Origin: Lentisphaerota bacterium
GTDB taxonomy: Bacteria; Verrucomicrobiota; Kiritimatiellia; UBA8416; JAUUYL01
Length of the DNA stretch: 64,000 nucleotides
Reading direction: 5' to 3'
Assembly (NCBI GenBank): GCA_030590485.1
Contig: JAUUYL010000004.1
Coordinates: forward strand, 7,878-71,877
In this document: positions 1 to 9,391 of the stretch, piece after piece
How the letters are laid out: the number at the start of each line of letters is the position of its first letter
Numbering within the stretch: position 1 is the stretch's first letter
Position numbers and translations under genes: made by a program
Notes under the pieces: generated by a model
What the model was told of the DNA's origin: nothing
What the model saw: the letters and a program-made list of their open reading frames with translations, nothing else
Databases searched by the model: none

Positions 1-429
1 CTCACATGCTTCGGTAATGCCGGGCTTGTAGATGTTCTTGTGGACATCATCCGCCATGGCTTCCTGGAATGTAAAAGGTATAACGTCGTGAACGGTCAGA
101 ACAGTCGGAACTTTTTTGTTCTTCGGAAAGCTCCAGTTGTAGAAGTAATGAATAAGGTCGGCGCCCTCTTCGACTGCAAGGTCCTGAAAGAATCCTGCAT
201 CCAGAGCTCTGTTCTCGGCGCAGATGGCATGTGTGTCTATATCGACTGTTACGATTTTGAGTCCGTCGCGTTCACCGAGCAGATCTCTGACTTCGGCTTC
301 ACGGCTTTGCTTGCAGACGAGCACACATTCGTTACCGTCTGATGACATGTTCTTTGCTATCTGGAGCGCGCCCTGCTCTACTCCGCCGACTACGCCATCG
401 TATTTTCTTAAGTCTAATATTATTTTCAC
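1..429 (-). CDS. Glycosyltransferase family 4 protein, N-terminal part (runs off the window edge)
   Basis: Not in the ORF track. Manual minus-strand translation from GTG at 429: MKIILDLRKYDGVVGGVEQ...DLIHYFYNWSFPKNKKVPTVLTVHDVIP; GG-x-E and VLTVHD are GT4 N-domain motifs. Purine-rich RBS upstream. Confidence 0.8.
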   Translation of the reverse strand, partial: MKIILDLRKYDGVVGGVEQGALQIAKNMSSDGNECVLVCKQSREAEVRDLLGERDGLKIVTVDIDTHAICAENRALDAGFFQDLAVEEGADLIHYFYNWSFPKNKKVPTVLTVHDVIPFTFQEAMADDVHKNIYKPGITEACE

Positions 430-470
430 AATTCCCTTTCAGGGGTTTATAGGTTCAAAGTTACGGGGAG

Positions 471-499
471 AAGGTAGCGTGTTGAGGGGCTGGAGGCAA
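471..499 (-). promoter_or_regulatory. Putative sigma-70 promoter of the GT4 gene
   Basis: Minus strand TTGCCT-17 nt-TACCTT. Confidence 0.45.
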
Positions 500-579
500 G
501 GGAAGACTTACGCCCGAAGATTACAGGACCCCATATGACCAATAGGACATATAAGACCAATGGCGCGTGCAGGCATAGC

Positions 580-1641
580 CTACTTAAGCATCACCTGGCC
601 GCCGGTTACGGGCAAGGCCTGGCCTGTCTCGTACATTTGGTCGACGATGTAGTATATCGCGTGCATGACATCGACTGTGGTACAACCGCGGCCAACTGGA
701 ACCTGAGCCTCATAGAAGTTCCGAACATCATCAACGCTCTTCGCACCAGGCACCTTGCCTGACCGAAAGTATTGAGCAAAGAGACCATTCTCGGGATCCG
801 ACCATAGCGGGCCGTCAAGAAAGTTGCCGGGGCATACTGAGTTGACCTTTATACCGTCCGCTACGAGCTCAAGAGCAAATGACTGCGTCAATCCCATCCC
901 GCCAAATTTACTGCCGGCATAGGCACCGTTTTTGTTAGAGCCGGTCAGGCCGGACTTGCTGTTGATCTGTATGATGTCGGACCATATACCGCTGGCCTTG
1001 TTCTGCACAGACATAACCGGCGCAGCATTCCTGGCACAAAGGAAATAACCCTTGTAGTTGACGTTCGTTACCAGATCAAAATCACTCTCAGGAATTTCCT
1101 TTACGCTCCCTGCCCTGACAATGCCGGCGTTAGCCAGAAAAATGTCTATTCCACCAAAGCGCTTTACAGCTGCGGTAATTGCATCAGCGACAGAAGCGTT
1201 ATCTGTGACATTCATAGCCAGCCCTACAGCGACATCCGCACCAACGTTTTCGTTGATCTTCTCTGCCGCGGCAGTTACACCTTCAATATTGATATCGCCA
1301 AGCACCAGACCTGCCCCCTGCTCAGCCAGGCTGCATGCAATCTCAAAACCGAAACCCTGAGCACCACCTGTTACAAACGCTACTTTCCCAGCAACCCTCG
1401 CAGCTGAATCTGACACAGCTTGAACAGCAAAAGAGCCAACGCCTTCAACATTGATTACATCGCCGCTGCATGCGCTGAGTGCTTTTATGATGGCATCAAC
1501 ATCACTGTCAGCTGGAATTGTACAATCCGCTCCGCCATCAGCAGGTTTATCACTGAACTGCACCACAGGCATTTTTCCATTGTCCGCCTTGATACCGCGA
1601 AGCGCCGGCCCGATTATTTTAATCCACTCATCAATATTCAT
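580..1641 (-). CDS. SDR oxidoreductase, sorbitol-6-phosphate 2-dehydrogenase-like, with ~80-aa N-terminal extension
   Basis: TGGAQGFG, NAG, IIQINSKSG and YAGSKFGG motifs typical of the SrlD subfamily. Confidence 0.8.
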   Translation of the reverse strand: MNIDEWIKIIGPALRGIKADNGKMPVVQFSDKPADGGADCTIPADSDVDAIIKALSACSGDVINVEGVGSFAVQAVSDSAARVAGKVAFVTGGAQGFGFEIACSLAEQGAGLVLGDINIEGVTAAAEKINENVGADVAVGLAMNVTDNASVADAITAAVKRFGGIDIFLANAGIVRAGSVKEIPESDFDLVTNVNYKGYFLCARNAAPVMSVQNKASGIWSDIIQINSKSGLTGSNKNGAYAGSKFGGMGLTQSFALELVADGIKVNSVCPGNFLDGPLWSDPENGLFAQYFRSGKVPGAKSVDDVRNFYEAQVPVGRGCTTVDVMHAIYYIVDQMYETGQALPVTGGQVMLK

Positions 1642-1650
1642 ACTGTGTCC

Positions 1651-3057
1651 TTATTTTTTTCTAGGTTTGCCTGGCTGATGAATGCAGACGCCGTGAAGGG
1701 CGTGTGCTGCTTCCATCCATGACTCAGAGAATGTTGGGTGACAATGAATGGTCTTGCCAAGTTCTTCAACGGTCAGTTCAGACCTTATAGCAACTGCGGC
1801 TTCGGATATCAACTCTGTTGCGTGCGCGCCTACTGCATGTGCGCCGAGTATCTGATCGGTTTCCGGGTCAGCCAGCAGTTTAACAAAACCAACGGTTTCG
1901 CCTGCTGCCATTGCTTTACCCAGTCCGCCAAACGCGTATTTACCGATCTTTACCTTGATGCCCTGCTCTTTGGCTTCCTGTTCGCTGATTCCAACAACTC
2001 CGCATTCAGGAACTGTGAAGATACATGCTGGAACTGATTTCTCAGCTTTCACATTCTCGCCACAAGCATTCTCAGCGGCTGTTACGCCCTGTGATGTAGC
2101 TGCGTGTGCCAACTGTGTACTTCCGGCTGTTACATCGCCAATAGCGTAGATCGTGGCTGCTTTAGTGCGGCAGTATTCGTCAATCTCAATACATCCACGT
2201 TCGTCAGTTGCCAAGCCTGCATTCTTGAGGCCCAGACCATCTGTTACCGGAGCTCTACCAATCGAGACCAGAAGCATTTCAGCTGACAATGTCTTATCAC
2301 CGACTTTGCCGGACACTTCATCTTTAGACGCCTTGATATCCTGCATCGGCTCACCCGTAAGAACAGTTATCTTCAGTTCCTTTTCCATAACCTTGCGAAT
2401 CTCGCTGCGAACATCTGCATCGAGCATGAAGAGTACATCGTCAAGCATTTCAACAATAGTTACTTTCACGCCGAGCTGAGCTGCCATGCATGCAAATTCA
2501 CATCCGATAACACCACCGCCTAGAACGAGCAGACTGTCAGGAAGCTCTTTGATGTCGAGGAACTTGCGGCTTTCAACGATATTCTTACTCTTAGGAATAA
2601 AACCAGGAACTACAGATGTTGAACCGGTAGCGATGATCGTGCTGCCCGCTTCTATCTCTTTATCCTTCGCTTTGCCCTTGCCTTTGACAACGATCTTGTT
2701 GCGGCTTTTGAACGTTGCTGTACCCTTGATGACATCAATACCGTTGCTCTGAAGAAGCATACTAACGCCGCCCTGGAGTTTGGCGACAATTTCAGCTTTC
2801 CTGTCGACCATTACTGAGTAATCATAATCAGCATTAGCTGTAACGCCCATATGCTTAGCATGTATGGAGCGATGATAGATCTCCGATGATGCTATCAGCG
2901 TCTTCGTAGGGATACAGCCCCAGTTAAGGCATGTGCCGCCCACTTGTTCGCGTTCGATTATTGCTACGCTTGCGCCAAGTTGAGCTGCTCTGATAGCTGC
3001 CGGGTATCCGCCTGGGCCTGCACCAATTACTACTACGTCATATTTCTGCATATCCAT
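1651..3057 (-). CDS. lpdA: Dihydrolipoyl dehydrogenase (E3)
   Basis: GAGPGG, GGTCLNWGCIP redox disulfide, GGGVIG, HPTFSE. Confidence 0.95.
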   Translation of the reverse strand: MDMQKYDVVVIGAGPGGYPAAIRAAQLGASVAIIEREQVGGTCLNWGCIPTKTLIASSEIYHRSIHAKHMGVTANADYDYSVMVDRKAEIVAKLQGGVSMLLQSNGIDVIKGTATFKSRNKIVVKGKGKAKDKEIEAGSTIIATGSTSVVPGFIPKSKNIVESRKFLDIKELPDSLLVLGGGVIGCEFACMAAQLGVKVTIVEMLDDVLFMLDADVRSEIRKVMEKELKITVLTGEPMQDIKASKDEVSGKVGDKTLSAEMLLVSIGRAPVTDGLGLKNAGLATDERGCIEIDEYCRTKAATIYAIGDVTAGSTQLAHAATSQGVTAAENACGENVKAEKSVPACIFTVPECGVVGISEQEAKEQGIKVKIGKYAFGGLGKAMAAGETVGFVKLLADPETDQILGAHAVGAHATELISEAAVAIRSELTVEELGKTIHCHPTFSESWMEAAHALHGVCIHQPGKPRKK

Positions 3058-3920
3058 CTCCTTTGTTTTTCTGAATGAAATGATGATCTCACAAGTGGCG
3101 CCGACACTACAACATCGAACCCCATCTCGAGACCTTTTTCTTCGTACACGTTAAATTCTTCCGGCGTTACATAACGTTCCACAGGGAGGTGTTCTTTTGT
3201 GGGCTGAAGATACTGACCCGCATAGAATATGTTGCAGCCTGTTTTACGCGCATCGCGCATTAAACTTAATACCTCGTCTTCAGTCTCACCAAGACCCAGC
3301 ATGACGCCTGTCTTCGTTATGAGCTCCGCATCGACAGAACGTTTTAACAGTTCAAGCGAGCGTGAATAGTCAGCCTGCGGGCGAGCTGACGAATAGAGGC
3401 GTTCGACGGTTTCCAGGTTGTGCCCCAGCACTGCCGGTTTTTCATTAAGAACAATGTTCAGCAGATCTGCATCGCCCCCGAAATCGGGTATCAGCACTTC
3501 GACAATAATTCCAGGCACGGCGTATCTGACGCATTTGATAGTTTCCGCCCATATTCCTGCACCGTCATCCGGCAGATCATCGCGTGTTACGGAGGTTATA
3601 ACGACCTCATCCAGACCCATTTCGGCGACAGCTTCCGCTACCCGTACTGGTTCTTCCGTGTCGCACGCTGATGGCGTACCTTCCTTTACGTTGCAGAAGC
3701 GGCATTTGCGCGAACAGGTACTTCCTAAAATCATGAGAGTTGCCCTACCCTGCTCCCAGCATTCGCCCTTGTTCGGGCAAAGTGCTTCGTCGCAGACAGT
3801 GTGCAAGCCCTTCTCGCGAACGAGAGCTGTCATACGAGTACAGTTCGGCCCACTGCCGATCCTTCCTCGCAGCCATGCAGGCTTATTGGTAATGCTTTCC
3901 TTACTTGCTATCATATTCAA
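3033..3920 (-). CDS. lipA: Lipoyl synthase
   Basis: CDEALCPNKGEC, CSRKCRFC radical-SAM motif, VRSS. Confidence 0.95.
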   Translation of the reverse strand: MNMIASKESITNKPAWLRGRIGSGPNCTRMTALVREKGLHTVCDEALCPNKGECWEQGRATLMILGSTCSRKCRFCNVKEGTPSACDTEEPVRVAEAVAEMGLDEVVITSVTRDDLPDDGAGIWAETIKCVRYAVPGIIVEVLIPDFGGDADLLNIVLNEKPAVLGHNLETVERLYSSARPQADYSRSLELLKRSVDAELITKTGVMLGLGETEDEVLSLMRDARKTGCNIFYAGQYLQPTKEHLPVERYVTPEEFNVYEEKGLEMGFDVVVSAPLVRSSFHSEKQRRWICRNMT

Positions 3921-4563
3921 ATACTTCCATGAAACTCTCTATGACCTTTGCCTTAACGTCCTCGAATTCGACATCCGGCACAAGAAGGTCAAGAGACGTA
4001 ACGCCCTTGCCCTGTATGCCGCAGGGAATAATCCCCGCGTACTGGCCTAGATCAACTTTGACATTCAGAGCAAAACCATGCAGGGTGACGCCTCTCGATA
4101 TTCTGACGCCTATGGCAGCGATCTTATCGCTTCCTACCCATACGCCCCTGTTTTTCCTGTCGGTACCGCCAGTGACGCCGTAATGTGCCAACGTCTTGAT
4201 AAGTGTCTCCTCCAGATTTCTGACATACCGAACCACTTGCGCACGTTCCTTGCCGAGGTCGATTATCGGATACCCGACGATCTGACCTGGACCATGGTAC
4301 GTTACATCGCCACCCCTGGTGGATTGCACGACATCGATGCCCATATCCTTGAGCTGATCTTCAGATGCCGTAACATTGTCGTTATCGGCATTTGTGCCCA
4401 GCGTATATACGGCATCGTGCTCCACAAGAAGCAAGGTGTCAGGGACAAGTCCCTGTCTGCGTTCCTCGGCCGTTGCCTCCTGCAGTTCGAAAACCGGCTC
4501 GTAGGCACGTCTTCCGAGGTTCTGCACCCTTAGTTGTTTGCTTGGCATTCTGCGGTCTTCCAC
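3901..4563 (-). CDS. lipB: Lipoyl(octanoyl) transferase (start may be ATG at 4548)
   Basis: EHDAVYTLG, RGGDVTYHGPGQ, KIAAIG, HGFALNV, IIPCG. Confidence 0.95.
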   Translation of the reverse strand: MEDRRMPSKQLRVQNLGRRAYEPVFELQEATAEERRQGLVPDTLLLVEHDAVYTLGTNADNDNVTASEDQLKDMGIDVVQSTRGGDVTYHGPGQIVGYPIIDLGKERAQVVRYVRNLEETLIKTLAHYGVTGGTDRKNRGVWVGSDKIAAIGVRISRGVTLHGFALNVKVDLGQYAGIIPCGIQGKGVTSLDLLVPDVEFEDVKAKVIESFMEVFEYDSK

Positions 4564-4570
4564 TTATTCT

Positions 4571-4646
4571 AACCCACCCCGCCCTTCGCCTTGCCAGCCC
4601 TCCCGACTGGACGGGGACAGGCTGGGGCACCCCTCCAAGGAGGGGA
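4571..4646 (+). repeat. Dispersed REP-like palindromic repeat, copy 1
   Basis: CCCGCCCTTCGCCTTGCCAGCCCTCCCGACTGGACGGGGACAGGCTGGGGCACCCCTCCAAGGAGGGGA; near-identical copies at ~12570-12647 (minus) and ~34584-34658. Confidence 0.85.
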
Positions 4647-4728
4647 TATTCCCGTGGTTGCGGTTGAGGACGGCTGAATCCAATGTCCAGAACCCTCAAC
4701 AGAGCGTGTCCATAGTCCACTGCCTCTA

Positions 4729-6075
4729 CTACACAAGGGTTTCCCACAGAGCAATGTCTTCGAGTTTTTCCTTCACAGCATTGACGAACATGGCGCCTAC
4801 GGTTCCGTCGACGATACGGTGATCGACTGACAGGGTAAGTTTCATGATATCGCGAACGACGACTTTGTCATCCTTGACGACAGGAGTCTTGATCGTACTT
4901 GCGACAGCCAGGATTGCTGATTCGCCAGGGTTGATGATGGCGTTGAAGTTATCGACGCCAAACATGCCCATATTGGACACCGTAAACGTACTACCCTGCA
5001 TTTCGTCAGGCATAAGCTTGCCGGATCTTGCGCGTGTTGCCAAATCCTTGACGGTATCATGCAGTTCCTGCATGCTCAGGTTACCTGAGTCACTGATAAC
5101 AGGCACGACCAGTCCGTCATCAAGACCAACGGCGAGACCAAGATCAACGCTGCTGCTCCATGTAACGGTTGTTCCGTCTGTCATGCTGTTTACAGGCTTA
5201 AACTCTTCGAGTGTCATAATGACTGCCTCGAGAATAAAATCTGTCACGGAATACTCCCCGCCCTGACTCTTGACTTCCTGCCTGAAAGCAAGAACATCTG
5301 TCATATCAACACTTACTGTTACGTAGAAATGCGGAACATCTCTGAAGCTTTCAGTTAAGCGCTGAGATATAACCTTACGCATCTTGGTCATTGTCTTCGG
5401 CTTTTCATCTACAGCTCTACGTACATCCTCAATGACCATACGTCCACCGAGGCCTGTGGCCTTGACGGTAAGAATATCGATCTCTTCATTTACAGCCAGC
5501 TTCTTGGCTGACGGAGAGATCTTGATATCGTCATAGTTGTACGAATCGAGATAGGCAACGATGTCTTTTACGACAATTCTGCCTTCAGGACCTGTACCGG
5601 TTACGCCAGCAGGACTGATGCACTTGCTCACCGCCAATTTTTTCGCACGAGGCGAGATCTTCAGGCGAACAGGAGCAGCTACAACTGGTGCAGACACCAC
5701 TGGCGCTGCTGCTTTAGCTACAGGCGATGCTACTGGTGCAACGGCAACTTTTGGTGCAGCAGCCTTTTTCTCGCTGACCTCTGGTGCCGGCGTAGCCGGC
5801 ACGACCGCCGCAGGCGGTTGATCCGGCACATCTTCGCCGTCTTTCCCGATGTATCCCACTACGCTTAAGACGGGGAGTGTATCTCCGTCGACGGCGAATA
5901 CCTTGAGCAGTTTACCTTCGAAGAAGCTTTCCACTTCCAGAACAGCTTTATCAGTTTCGATTTCGAACAGGATGTCACCTTTGGCGACATCATCTCCTTC
6001 AGACTTGTGCCACTTGACAATCGTGGACTCTTCAACAGTCTGACCTAATTTTGGTAATATAACGGCATCAGCCAT
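4729..6075 (-). CDS. Dihydrolipoamide acyltransferase (E2)
   Basis: Lipoyl domain ETDKA, Ala/Pro linker, two E3-binding-like repeats (ISPRAKK, ISPSAKK), catalytic DHRIVDG. Confidence 0.93.
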   Translation of the reverse strand: MADAVILPKLGQTVEESTIVKWHKSEGDDVAKGDILFEIETDKAVLEVESFFEGKLLKVFAVDGDTLPVLSVVGYIGKDGEDVPDQPPAAVVPATPAPEVSEKKAAAPKVAVAPVASPVAKAAAPVVSAPVVAAPVRLKISPRAKKLAVSKCISPAGVTGTGPEGRIVVKDIVAYLDSYNYDDIKISPSAKKLAVNEEIDILTVKATGLGGRMVIEDVRRAVDEKPKTMTKMRKVISQRLTESFRDVPHFYVTVSVDMTDVLAFRQEVKSQGGEYSVTDFILEAVIMTLEEFKPVNSMTDGTTVTWSSSVDLGLAVGLDDGLVVPVISDSGNLSMQELHDTVKDLATRARSGKLMPDEMQGSTFTVSNMGMFGVDNFNAIINPGESAILAVASTIKTPVVKDDKVVVRDIMKLTLSVDHRIVDGTVGAMFVNAVKEKLEDIALWETLV

Positions 6076-6102
6076 TCTAATTCTCCTTAATCTTCTCTAA
6101 TC

Positions 6103-8394
6103 TTACATAAGGCTTTTGCAAACATTCGCGATATCATTGGCATTCGGCAAGAATGCAGCCTCAAGCACATGTGACTGAGGTGCGATACCGTTGAGGGCAC
6201 CGATTCTTGCTACAGGCGCGTCGAGGTAATCAAACACCTTTTCCATGACCTGCGATGCGATTTCGCCAGTGAAACTGGCGTTACTTATGCACTGACTTGC
6301 GACTACGCAACGGCCTGTTTTCTTGACAGAATCAAGAACCGTATCGATATCCAGCGGCACTATCGTGCGAAGGTCGATGACCTCGACGCTGACTTTTTCC
6401 GCCTGAAGTGCTTCTGCAGCCTTGAGTGCGTCGTGTACTGCCGGACCCCATGTAACCAGAGTCACATCTGTTCCAGCTCTCTTGACATCTGCAACACCAA
6501 ACGGAATTGTGTATTCTTCTTCTGGAACTACGCCCTTGAATCCGTAAAGCATCTGAGACTCAACGAACATCACCGGGTTATTATCCCTGATAGCTGTCTT
6601 AAGCATACCTTTAGCGTCGTAAGGTGTGGAAGGATAAGCAACGATCATTCCAGGCATATGAGCAAACATTGTTTCCAATGTCTGTGAATGCTGACCGCCA
6701 TAGCCTTTTCCGCCACCGACTGCAGCTCTGTATACTACCGGTACTTCGACGCTGGCGCCGGTCATGTAGTGCCATTTTGCGGCCTGGTTACTGATCTGGT
6801 CAGAAGCCATGAGCGCGAAATCCATGTACATCAACTCAACGACTGGCCTCAGACCTACCATTGCGGCACCAACAGCTGTTCCGCATATTGCGGCTTCAGA
6901 TATTGGTGAGTTGAATACGCGGTCGCGGCCGAATGCTTCGAGCAGTCCTTTAGTGACCTTGAACGCGCCGCCGTAATCAGCGACATCTTCGCCGTAGATC
7001 ATGACACGTCCGTCACGCTTCATCTCTTCGAGAAGTGCTTCCTTGATAGCGTCCTTATAAGAAAGCTGACCTTCGGCGTCTCTTTCGATAACCGGCTCTT
7101 CCTTGACGATCTTGACCTTCTGATGCTTCGCAGGAACTTCTTCAGAATTCCCGTCGGTGTACATGTACTTGATTACATCAATAGCTTCCGGATCCGGAGA
7201 CTTGGCTGCCCTACCCGCGGCAACAGCGTTACGTTCCTCGACCTGCATCTTCAGTGACTCATACCTGGCTGCAGACATCACTTTGTTTTTGATCAGCTTA
7301 TTAGCGAATGTGTCGATAGGATCGACAGCTTTCCAGTTCGCTTCCTCTTCGCGCATTCTGTATTCATTACGCGGATCACTGAGTGAGTGACCATAGTAGC
7401 GATAAGAATCGATCTCCATAAGGTAAGGGCCTTTACCCTTGCGGCAGCCTTCTGCAGCGGTCTGAACGGCGTCACGAACAGCCATGACATCCATGCCGTT
7501 TACAACCTGCGCATGCATATTGTTATCTGCAAATCCGACAGCGCGTCGTGCGAGACAGCCAACACCAGCGACCTCATCATCAGCTCTACCGGTCATACCG
7601 TAATGGTTATTGATCAGAAGATAGATAACAGGCAGGCCAAACTTGTTGCCCTTTGCCAGATGGTTAGTAAACTGGTGCATTGCTGCCCAGTTGAGGGATT
7701 CGAGAACAACGCCATTCGCGTACGCACCGTCACCGGCGAAACATGCTGTGACTGTCTTTTCTTTCTTATATCTTGCGGCCATAGCGGCACCAGTTGCTAT
7801 AGGAACACCGCCACCAACGATAGCGTTAGCGCCCAGATGCCCTACTGAGAAATCGGCAATATGCATACCACCACCGCGACCTTTGCAATAGCCCGCTTCT
7901 TTACCGAAAAGTTCTGCGCAAGTCTTGAAGATATGATCTTCCAGAACGGCTTCGAGTAGATCCTTGCGGCCCTTTGCTTTAGACTTAGGTACGCGCTTCT
8001 TCAATTCGTCAGTCGACATTGCGCGAATAGCAGCACAGCCCTTCGCGATACTGTCACCGTGTCCACGGTGTGTGGATGTGATCTGATCATCAGCGGCGAT
8101 ACCTATGCATCCGCCAACGGCACTGGCTTCCTGACCGATCGACACGTGAGTCGGGCCACGATAATCAAAGCCTGCGCAAGATGGGTATGCACCCGAGCGC
8201 AGCTTGATGATCATTTCCTCAAACTCGCGAATCATCATCATATCCTCGAGCATATCGATACACTCTTGTTTTCCGACTTTTTTCGAGCTGAGTTCACTTT
8301 TCAGCGTTTTTTTATAGCTGAAAGCTTTGATTTCCCCGCAATCTACTGTGTACGGCTTGAAATCCGGCTTACTGTTACTTAGATAATTCGGCAT
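6103..8394 (-). CDS. TPP-dependent dehydrogenase E1, fused alpha+beta subunits (acetoin/2-oxoacid dehydrogenase family)
   Basis: GQEA, STHRGHG, GDGA...NNHYG TPP motif, YYGHSLSD; beta part GEDV...PISE...QHSQ...VIDLRT. Confidence 0.9.
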   Translation of the reverse strand: MPNYLSNSKPDFKPYTVDCGEIKAFSYKKTLKSELSSKKVGKQECIDMLEDMMMIREFEEMIIKLRSGAYPSCAGFDYRGPTHVSIGQEASAVGGCIGIAADDQITSTHRGHGDSIAKGCAAIRAMSTDELKKRVPKSKAKGRKDLLEAVLEDHIFKTCAELFGKEAGYCKGRGGGMHIADFSVGHLGANAIVGGGVPIATGAAMAARYKKEKTVTACFAGDGAYANGVVLESLNWAAMHQFTNHLAKGNKFGLPVIYLLINNHYGMTGRADDEVAGVGCLARRAVGFADNNMHAQVVNGMDVMAVRDAVQTAAEGCRKGKGPYLMEIDSYRYYGHSLSDPRNEYRMREEEANWKAVDPIDTFANKLIKNKVMSAARYESLKMQVEERNAVAAGRAAKSPDPEAIDVIKYMYTDGNSEEVPAKHQKVKIVKEEPVIERDAEGQLSYKDAIKEALLEEMKRDGRVMIYGEDVADYGGAFKVTKGLLEAFGRDRVFNSPISEAAICGTAVGAAMVGLRPVVELMYMDFALMASDQISNQAAKWHYMTGASVEVPVVYRAAVGGGKGYGGQHSQTLETMFAHMPGMIVAYPSTPYDAKGMLKTAIRDNNPVMFVESQMLYGFKGVVPEEEYTIPFGVADVKRAGTDVTLVTWGPAVHDALKAAEALQAEKVSVEVIDLRTIVPLDIDTVLDSVKKTGRCVVASQCISNASFTGEIASQVMEKVFDYLDAPVARIGALNGIAPQSHVLEAAFLPNANDIANVCKSLM

Positions 8395-8397
8395 ATT

Positions 8398-9195
8398 CTA
8401 CTTCCCTTTCTTTTCTTGTTTACTCTTTGTTATAACTTTCGTTCCTTTTTCCTTCAAAAGCTTCATCTGCTTTGAGCTGATACCCGAATCCGTTATTAAC
8501 GAATTCGATGCATTCAATTCTCCGCACTTTACAAACGACACCTTTTCCAGCTTTGAACTGTCCGCCATGAGATAAACATCCCTCGCCTGCTCCATAACCA
8601 TCTCCTTGGTCATAGCCTCCGCGGGGTCCGTCGTCGTCATCACACCGTCCTTCAGTCCGATTGTTCCCATAAACGCCTTATCCACATTCAGCTGTTTGAT
8701 AGTCGGCTTGGTTAAAGGTCCGACAAACGTCTGGCTGATCCTTCTGAGTTCTCCACCTACAATGATCATTCTCGGCCCGGCTGAGGCCAGAAGACCCGCC
8801 ACACGCAAAGAATTTGTAACTACTGTGAGTTTTCGCATATCAGTCAGCAAGCGCGCCAGCGCCAGTACCGAACTGCCTCCATCCAAAAAAATCGTATCAT
8901 TAGGCGCAACCAGCTTGAATGCTAATTCAGCTATTACATGCTTCTCATCTGCGGCAATCTTCGCCTTATCATCGAATACCGGTTCATCAAGCTGCGACTC
9001 AGTGCAAACCGCGCCACCATGCACTCTGCGAACATGCCCGCGCGCATCGAGCTCAGCCAAATCACGCCTTATAGTAGCGCCGGAAACAGCAACTACCTCA
9101 CAAAGTTCATCAACAGAAACCACCCCCCGCTCCTTCAGACAAGCCCTGATTTTCCGGAACCGTTCCTCCGCTAACCCTGTATTTGCTGTGTTCAT
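8398..9195 (-). CDS. DeoR/GlpR family transcriptional regulator
   Basis: VSGATIRRDL, RVHGGA, IFLDGGSS, VVTNS, ADSSK; ATG at 9195 preferred because the longer start overlaps the promoter. Confidence 0.92.
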   Translation of the reverse strand: MNTANTGLAEERFRKIRACLKERGVVSVDELCEVVAVSGATIRRDLAELDARGHVRRVHGGAVCTESQLDEPVFDDKAKIAADEKHVIAELAFKLVAPNDTIFLDGGSSVLALARLLTDMRKLTVVTNSLRVAGLLASAGPRMIIVGGELRRISQTFVGPLTKPTIKQLNVDKAFMGTIGLKDGVMTTTDPAEAMTKEMVMEQARDVYLMADSSKLEKVSFVKCGELNASNSLITDSGISSKQMKLLKEKGTKVITKSKQEKKGK

Positions 9196-9221
9196 ACTTG
9201 CACACTCTTGCTCATTAATAA

Positions 9222-9254
9222 TCAAATATAATCATATTTGAGCAGAGGCGTCAA
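9222..9254 (-). promoter_or_regulatory. Putative promoter with overlapping palindromic operator
   Basis: Minus-strand -35 TTGACG (9249-9254); perfect IR TCAAATAT-N4-ATATTTGA (9222-9241) covers the -10 region. Confidence 0.65.
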
Positions 9255-9391
9255 GAGGAAAGGGAAGAAAAGAATGATAAATGCTGAGTACTGAATCATG
9301 AGTGGGAGAATTATGGGCTATGTGGGCTCCGCGGCTCGCGGGGACCATGCCTTTAGCTTGGCAACTGCTCCACCGCTTACTGCTCACTTCT

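Noticed and set aside
40..538. Plus-strand ORFs 40-342 and 224-538
   Set aside because: Shadows of the minus-strand GT4 gene. The same applies to most short antisense ORFs in the track.
4569..4754. Short ORFs sharing GAPACPRPVGRAGKAKGG or its antisense reading (also 12474-12731, 34550-34796)
   Set aside because: Translations of the non-coding dispersed repeat, not a protein family
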